Virus record (IMG/VR): IMGVR_UViG_3300025401_000039
Location: 1 to 52,576 of that record
DNA: 52,576 bases
DNA from: a virus
Taxonomy: Duplodnaviria > Caudoviricetes
Strand: one strand, 5' to 3'
Shown here: positions 47,938 through 52,576 of the stretch, piece after piece
How positions within the stretch are numbered: position 1 is the first letter of the stretch
Layout of the letters: every line of letters starts with the position of its first letter
Notes under the pieces: model-generated
The model's database searches: none
Told to the model about the DNA's origin: nothing
What the model saw: only the letters and a program-made list of their open reading frames with translations
Made by a program: the position numbers and the translations under genes

Positions 47938-48717
47938 ATGAAGAAGACACTTGATCAAACATTATTAGAAAATCTTGCTTCCAATCTAACCAACATATGG
48001 GAAGATTGGAACAAGGTCAATCATCATGACAAGACCAACGGTCTTAGTCAAAAAGCTGTTAATGCTTATCGCAGAGAACATCCAGGCAGTAAACTACAGA
48101 CTGCTGTAACAACCAAACCAAGCAAATTAAAATCAGGCTCTAAGGCTGCTAAACGCCGTAAGAGTTTCTGTGCTCGTATGAGTGGCAATAAAGGCCCAAT
48201 GAAAAAGCCTAATGGTAAGCCTACTCCTAAGGCACTAGCACTACGTCGTTGGAATTGTGAAAGCATTGAAGAAATGGCACAGATGATCTTAGAAGGCGAA
48301 CAAATGATTGCTGAGATTAAGAAAGGTGCCAAGGACTCCAACGGCTTCACCAAGTGTTGGCCAGGACATCATGCGGCTGGTACTAAGAAAGGTAAGAACG
48401 GTGGCCAGGTACGCAACTGTGTACCTAACGAGAGCATGTCAGAGACCACTGGTGACAAGCCGTTTGACACTATGATGAAGTCAATCAAGAAAGGCACTAA
48501 AAAACAAGCCACCGCAGATAGACGCGAACAAAAAAGGCAAGACCAAGAAAGAACACGAGACGCAATTGCCAATATGTTTGGTGGAGGTAATCCTGCTGAC
48601 AAACTCAGCATTAGAAAGAAAGATGTGGCGGAAGGTGGCGGAGCTCAACAAGCAGCCATAGCTATAGCCAAGAAAGAATCAGGCAAGTATACCAAACTCG
48701 GCAAGCGTAAAAAATGA
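47938..48717 (+). CDS. Basic modular protein, probable internal head protein
   Basis: RRKSFCARM, CWPG...NCVP modules separated by Glu-rich linkers. Confidence 0.6.
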   Translation: MKKTLDQTLLENLASNLTNIWEDWNKVNHHDKTNGLSQKAVNAYRREHPGSKLQTAVTTKPSKLKSGSKAAKRRKSFCARMSGNKGPMKKPNGKPTPKALALRRWNCESIEEMAQMILEGEQMIAEIKKGAKDSNGFTKCWPGHHAAGTKKGKNGGQVRNCVPNESMSETTGDKPFDTMMKSIKKGTKKQATADRREQKRQDQERTRDAIANMFGGGNPADKLSIRKKDVAEGGGAQQAAIAIAKKESGKYTKLGKRKK

Positions 48718-49427
48718 GATTCGTAGAATTTGATCGCAGTCATGATACACCAGATAGTAGCATATCGATGGACCCGCATCGCGGAGACTATGAATTACGC
48801 AACTATCATAAGTTAGACAAGTATTTGGCAGAACTATGCGATCTAGTAGAGCGAGGACAACAGTCTGACAAAGACTTTGGCATGGTAGCCGCTGGTATAC
48901 TACCACTTAGAGGTGAATACATGGCTCGTCTTAATCGTCCAGGCAAAGATGGCCGCATACATGCAGAACATGCAGTGATTGAAGACTTTATTAAGAAGTA
49001 TGGAAGCATACCAGAAGGTAGTGTTATCATAACAACACTTAGTCCATGTAACACTCCAATGGATGAACGTGATGGCCCTAGTTGTGCTGACTTATTAAAT
49101 GAGCACGGTATACAAAAAGTCTATTGTGGATACATTGATCCTACACAGCACGATGGTGCTGAAGACAATCGTGAATACAATCTAGTCGAAACACAAAACA
49201 AAGAGCTACGCACACGATGCGAAGAGTTTGCCGATACATTCTTAGATAAAGTACACGAGAACTTTGCCGATGGTCGTCATCCAGAAGACAAAGGCGACAG
49301 TAAAAGATATCATGTTCCAACTAAAGGTAGTGTAAGTAGCTTACGTAAGTTTGCCAAAGGGCATAGTGGTCGTGCGGCACAACTAGCGCACTGGATGGCT
49401 AATATGAAATCAGGACATAAAAAATGA
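48714..49427 (+). CDS. Zn-dependent deaminase (CDA/RibD-like)
   Basis: HAE, TLSPC-x10-C, IDP. Confidence 0.8.
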   Translation: MRFVEFDRSHDTPDSSISMDPHRGDYELRNYHKLDKYLAELCDLVERGQQSDKDFGMVAAGILPLRGEYMARLNRPGKDGRIHAEHAVIEDFIKKYGSIPEGSVIITTLSPCNTPMDERDGPSCADLLNEHGIQKVYCGYIDPTQHDGAEDNREYNLVETQNKELRTRCEEFADTFLDKVHENFADGRHPEDKGDSKRYHVPTKGSVSSLRKFAKGHSGRAAQLAHWMANMKSGHKK

Positions 49428-49813
49428 AAAGATTATTATTGATAGCAGTATTGACATTAAGTGGCTGTAGTACATTAAGTGATCTTAAAGATCAAATTCC
49501 TAGCTTCTGGGACGGCAATCAAAGTGTAGTAGTTACTGATATGCAACAGATAGCACGTCACATAGATTGTACTGGAGACGTTAAGCCACAGCTACATGAT
49601 TTGTTTATGAAAGTAGAATGGTATGACTTGTACGCTAATACCAAAGGTACCAAAGACATGGCCAAACTAGATGTTGTTATGCTTAACACAATTAAAGAGT
49701 TTCAAGACAGAGTAGCACAAGGACCAGTAAGCCCATTGTATTGTGACATGAAGAAAAAAGTGTTAATACAGCAAGCTGATATAATTGCAACAACCGTACA
49801 AGGGAGATTCTAA
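49424..49813 (+). CDS. Putative lipoprotein
   Basis: LTLSGC lipobox. Confidence 0.7.
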   Translation: MKRLLLIAVLTLSGCSTLSDLKDQIPSFWDGNQSVVVTDMQQIARHIDCTGDVKPQLHDLFMKVEWYDLYANTKGTKDMAKLDVVMLNTIKEFQDRVAQGPVSPLYCDMKKKVLIQQADIIATTVQGRF

Positions 49814-50049
49814 TGAGCGATCAATTACAACAAGTAGCACAAAGCGGTGACCAATGGGCGGCTGAACGTGCCAATTATGCTATACAAGTCCACGGTGCTG
49901 TAGGTGCTGGACAACTAAGTGCCAGTGAAGCTAAAGAGATTCTACAAGATATGATTAACACACAGCAATTACAAGAGCAGGCTAATGCTGATCATGTAAA
50001 AGCTGCCTTGTTCTTTGGTATTATGGAATTGATTAGTTTATACGGCTAA
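49813..50049 (+). CDS. Hypothetical protein
   Basis: Coupled to lipoprotein gene, GGAG SD. Confidence 0.65.
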   Translation: MSDQLQQVAQSGDQWAAERANYAIQVHGAVGAGQLSASEAKEILQDMINTQQLQEQANADHVKAALFFGIMELISLYG

Positions 50050-51235
50050 ACACATCTTTAAGGCCTATTACTAGGTCTTCAATCATTCCATCATCATGAA
50101 ACGGAGTAGGTGCGAAACGCAACCGCTCCGTTCCCACATCAACTGTAGGATAATTGATTGCTTGTACATAAATGCTGTGGTCGTTCAATAAAGCGTCGCT
50201 CATAGCTTTAGCACGTTTAGCATCGCCAACTAGTACAGGTACAATATGGCTAGTACTACATTCCATTACGGGTATACCCGCTACCGTTAATCTATGTTTT
50301 AATTTACGTGCTCGCTCTTGATGCTTTTCACGCACTTCGTTATGATCCTTTAACCATTTGATAGCGGCTAATGCTCCGCTACAAGTAACAGGACTCATTG
50401 ATGTTGTAAAAATGAATCCAGCGGCTACGCTTCGAATAGCGTCGGCTACAATCTTATCGCAAGCAATGTAACCGCCCTGGACTCCAAAGGCCTTTCCCAA
50501 GGTTCCGTTGACTATGTCAATCTTGTCTTCAAGCCCAAGTTCTTCTATTTTGCCACCACCATGCGGTCCATACAGGCCAACGGCGTGTACTTCGTCAATG
50601 TAGGTAATAGCTTTGTATTTCTCAGCTAATTTACATATCTCTTCGATGTGTCCAAAATCGCCATCCATGCTATAGACACTTTCAAACACTACACAAGGAG
50701 TTTTACCTTGTGCAAAACTAATTTTTAATTTTTGTTCTAGATCATCTAAGTCGTTGTGATTGAAGACAACTTTGTCTGCTCGACTATGTTGTATGCCTAC
50801 AATAATACTGTTATGATTGTTAGCATCGCTGATAAATTCAATGTTTGGAATAATCTTAGCTAGGGCAATTAGTGTCCATTCGTTGGCCACATAAGCTGAA
50901 CTGAACAATACAGCCTTTTCTTTTTTGTGTAAGGTAGCAAGCTCGTGCTCTAGAGCTACGTGATAATGACTAGTACCGCCAATGTTACGTGTACCACCTG
51001 ACCCTGATCCTGTATGGTCCAGGGCTGTGTGCATGGCTTCTAAGACTATTTTGTTTTGACCCATGCCCAAATAGTCATTTGAGCACCAATTAACAATAGT
51101 TTTAATGTTATATGGCCCGTACCAAATGGCTTGTGGAAACTTGCCGGTTTCGCGAACAATATCGTTAAACACACGATATTTTCCGTTTTCTTTCAAATCT
51201 GCAATTAGTTTTTCAAAAGGTTGTTTATTAATCAT
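50033..51235 (-). CDS. hemA: 5-aminolevulinate synthase (Shemin/C4 pathway)
   Basis: [62 protein letters not shown]. Confidence 0.93.
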   Translation of the reverse strand: MINKQPFEKLIADLKENGKYRVFNDIVRETGKFPQAIWYGPYNIKTIVNWCSNDYLGMGQNKIVLEAMHTALDHTGSGSGGTRNIGGTSHYHVALEHELATLHKKEKAVLFSSAYVANEWTLIALAKIIPNIEFISDANNHNSIIVGIQHSRADKVVFNHNDLDDLEQKLKISFAQGKTPCVVFESVYSMDGDFGHIEEICKLAEKYKAITYIDEVHAVGLYGPHGGGKIEELGLEDKIDIVNGTLGKAFGVQGGYIACDKIVADAIRSVAAGFIFTTSMSPVTCSGALAAIKWLKDHNEVREKHQERARKLKHRLTVAGIPVMECSTSHIVPVLVGDAKRAKAMSDALLNDHSIYVQAINYPTVDVGTERLRFAPTPFHDDGMIEDLVIGLKDVFSRIN

Positions 51236-51295
51236 AGTAACGTATTTAACGATAAATAACACTAAGAATCCACAAATACGGACAAGGACAACACT

Positions 51296-51613
51296 ATGTT
51301 AACAGTAAGAAAAGGTGCCTACAATCCAGGCGTAACACAAAGTTTCACAACAACTACATCATGCGCAGTATCGTCAACAGTTGGCGCAACAACTAGCATT
51401 ATACGTGTAGCAGTAAACCAAGATACTTGGGTGCTAGTGGGCACAGGGCTAACAACTAGTAGCTTCACAGTTACCAGTAACGTTGCTAATAACAATGCGT
51501 TTTTAATTCCAGCGGGCGGTGTTGAGTTCTTCGTAGCAACGTCAGGCAAAACAATGGTAGCATTTGCGGCCAACAGTTCAACTGGCCCAATCACAATTAC
51601 TGAGCTAGCCTAA
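51296..51613 (+). CDS. Small beta-rich probable virion protein
   Basis: Thr/Ser/Val-rich; ATAAATA upstream; AAGGA SD. Confidence 0.6.
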   Translation: MLTVRKGAYNPGVTQSFTTTTSCAVSSTVGATTSIIRVAVNQDTWVLVGTGLTTSSFTVTSNVANNNAFLIPAGGVEFFVATSGKTMVAFAANSSTGPITITELA

Positions 51614-51614
51614 C

Positions 51615-52175
51615 ATGCCAGGATTTGGTTGGCGATCATTGGGTGCTTTGCACGAAAAAGCTGTTACAACTCCGGCTAAAGTTACTGCCAACACTAGCAA
51701 ATATACAGCTGGCATTTATAGAACAGCCTACAGTGGATGGCCTAGCCAAAACACAGCTAGTACTACATTCTTTGCAACAGGAACAGTTACTGGACACTCT
51801 GTAGTAAACAACTTTGATGTGTCGTTAACTGCCGCACAAGTTAATATAGCTTATCAATGGTTAGGATACATTAAGCCAAACTATTCAGGTAACTGGTCTA
51901 TCTACGCAAGCCCTGATGATACTGTTACTGTTTGGATTGGATCAAATGCCGTAAGTGGATTTACAACTGGCAACGCTGTTCTTAACTTATCAGATACAGG
52001 CGGTTCTAGTGGTAATATTAATTTAAATGCAGGAACATATTATCCAATTCGTGTTCAGTATGCTAACAATCAAGGCCCAGGTAGCCTGTCAATACTTTAC
52101 ACCAACAGTCATGCAACTAACTCAGATACATGGACTAACTTATTATATTATAACCCAGCGACTAACGGCTTCTAA
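51615..52175 (+). CDS. PA14/GLEYA-like domain protein
   Basis: W.GY......W....SPDD...VWIG...L.AG.YYPIRVQY. Confidence 0.75.
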   Translation: MPGFGWRSLGALHEKAVTTPAKVTANTSKYTAGIYRTAYSGWPSQNTASTTFFATGTVTGHSVVNNFDVSLTAAQVNIAYQWLGYIKPNYSGNWSIYASPDDTVTVWIGSNAVSGFTTGNAVLNLSDTGGSSGNINLNAGTYYPIRVQYANNQGPGSLSILYTNSHATNSDTWTNLLYYNPATNGF

Positions 52176-52186
52176 TAAATACTACC

Positions 52187-52456
52187 ATGAGAGCAAAAGA
52201 ATTCACTATTAATATTCCTATCAACATTAAGATTAATGGTGATGGCGAGCCTGAAGTTTCAGCAGGTCAAGACCACGAAGAACCTGAACTTCAAAGTAAC
52301 CCTATAATGGTTCCTCCGCTACAACAGCATTTAGAACTAGCTAAAGCCGCACAAGGTAAAGAAAGCCCAGTTATTGATAAACTTACATCTGACGACACTA
52401 TAGGCTCTGAAGATGGCGATTTGCTAGATAAAATCAAACAACTCATACGCCGATAA
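52187..52456 (+). CDS. Late protein, probable internal head protein
   Basis: MRAKEF N-terminus; TAAATA 5 nt before ATG. Confidence 0.6.
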   Translation: MRAKEFTINIPINIKINGDGEPEVSAGQDHEEPELQSNPIMVPPLQQHLELAKAAQGKESPVIDKLTSDDTIGSEDGDLLDKIKQLIRR

Positions 52457-52478
52457 ATACTCTATCTAGGGTATTCTA

Positions 52479-52576
52479 ATGGCATTCGTACAAAAATTAT
52501 TCACAAGTTATCACGGTTATGACGACGGCGATTCACGTATCGGCGAAATTAACCGTATTTGGTACGACTCTGGTTC
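52479..52576 (+). CDS. Partial CDS running off the window
   Basis: MAFVQKLFTSYHGY... open to end; ATAAATA upstream. Confidence 0.55.
   Translation, partial: MAFVQKLFTSYHGYDDGDSRIGEINRIWYDSG

Noticed and set aside
47768-47954. Two overlapping ORFs of under 40 aa (47768-47884, 47841-47954)
   Set aside because: May be real but lack a clear SD; cannot be supported without homologs
49424-50049. Spanin pair
   Set aside because: Order and topology do not fit: the lipoprotein comes first and no partner has an N-terminal TM
1-52576. Stop-codon reassignment
   Set aside because: Conserved genes are full length in the standard code, and TAA, TAG and TGA all end genes

Overview
This window is a segment of a large T4-like (Tevenvirinae-related) dsDNA phage genome using the standard genetic code; the host is probably a Proteobacterium. 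It has four parts. (1) 0.8-16.3 kb, + strand: replication/recombination module (gp32 SSB, UvsX, UvsY, UvsW, gp62-like clamp-loader subunit, primase, DnaB-type helicase), interleaved with a 190-aa miniature DnaE-like protein, two 2OG-Fe(II) oxygenases and a carbamoyltransferase domain. (2) 19.3-29.1 kb, - strand: small early genes driven by about 20 near-consensus sigma70 promoters, 11 of them followed by an identical GGAGCGA ribosome-binding motif. This block also holds two tRNAs, a D-armless tRNA-like RNA, a ~210-nt structured ncRNA candidate and, at its 3' end, twin hairpins displaying the same GGAGCGA motif. (3) 29.1-30.4 kb: a mostly non-coding strand-switch region with a DnaA-box cluster and several short repeat arrays. 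(4) 31-52.5 kb, + strand: small accessory genes, including a repeat-joined MNERI...HFGVEE cassette array and a W/F-x-L-R/K-W paralog family, then host-like enzymes (PBP/S11 peptidase, HldD/GmhB-like, YqgE, YbaN, nucleases, deaminase, 5-aminolevulinate synthase) and probable virion proteins. All calls come from motif recognition by eye; no searches were run.
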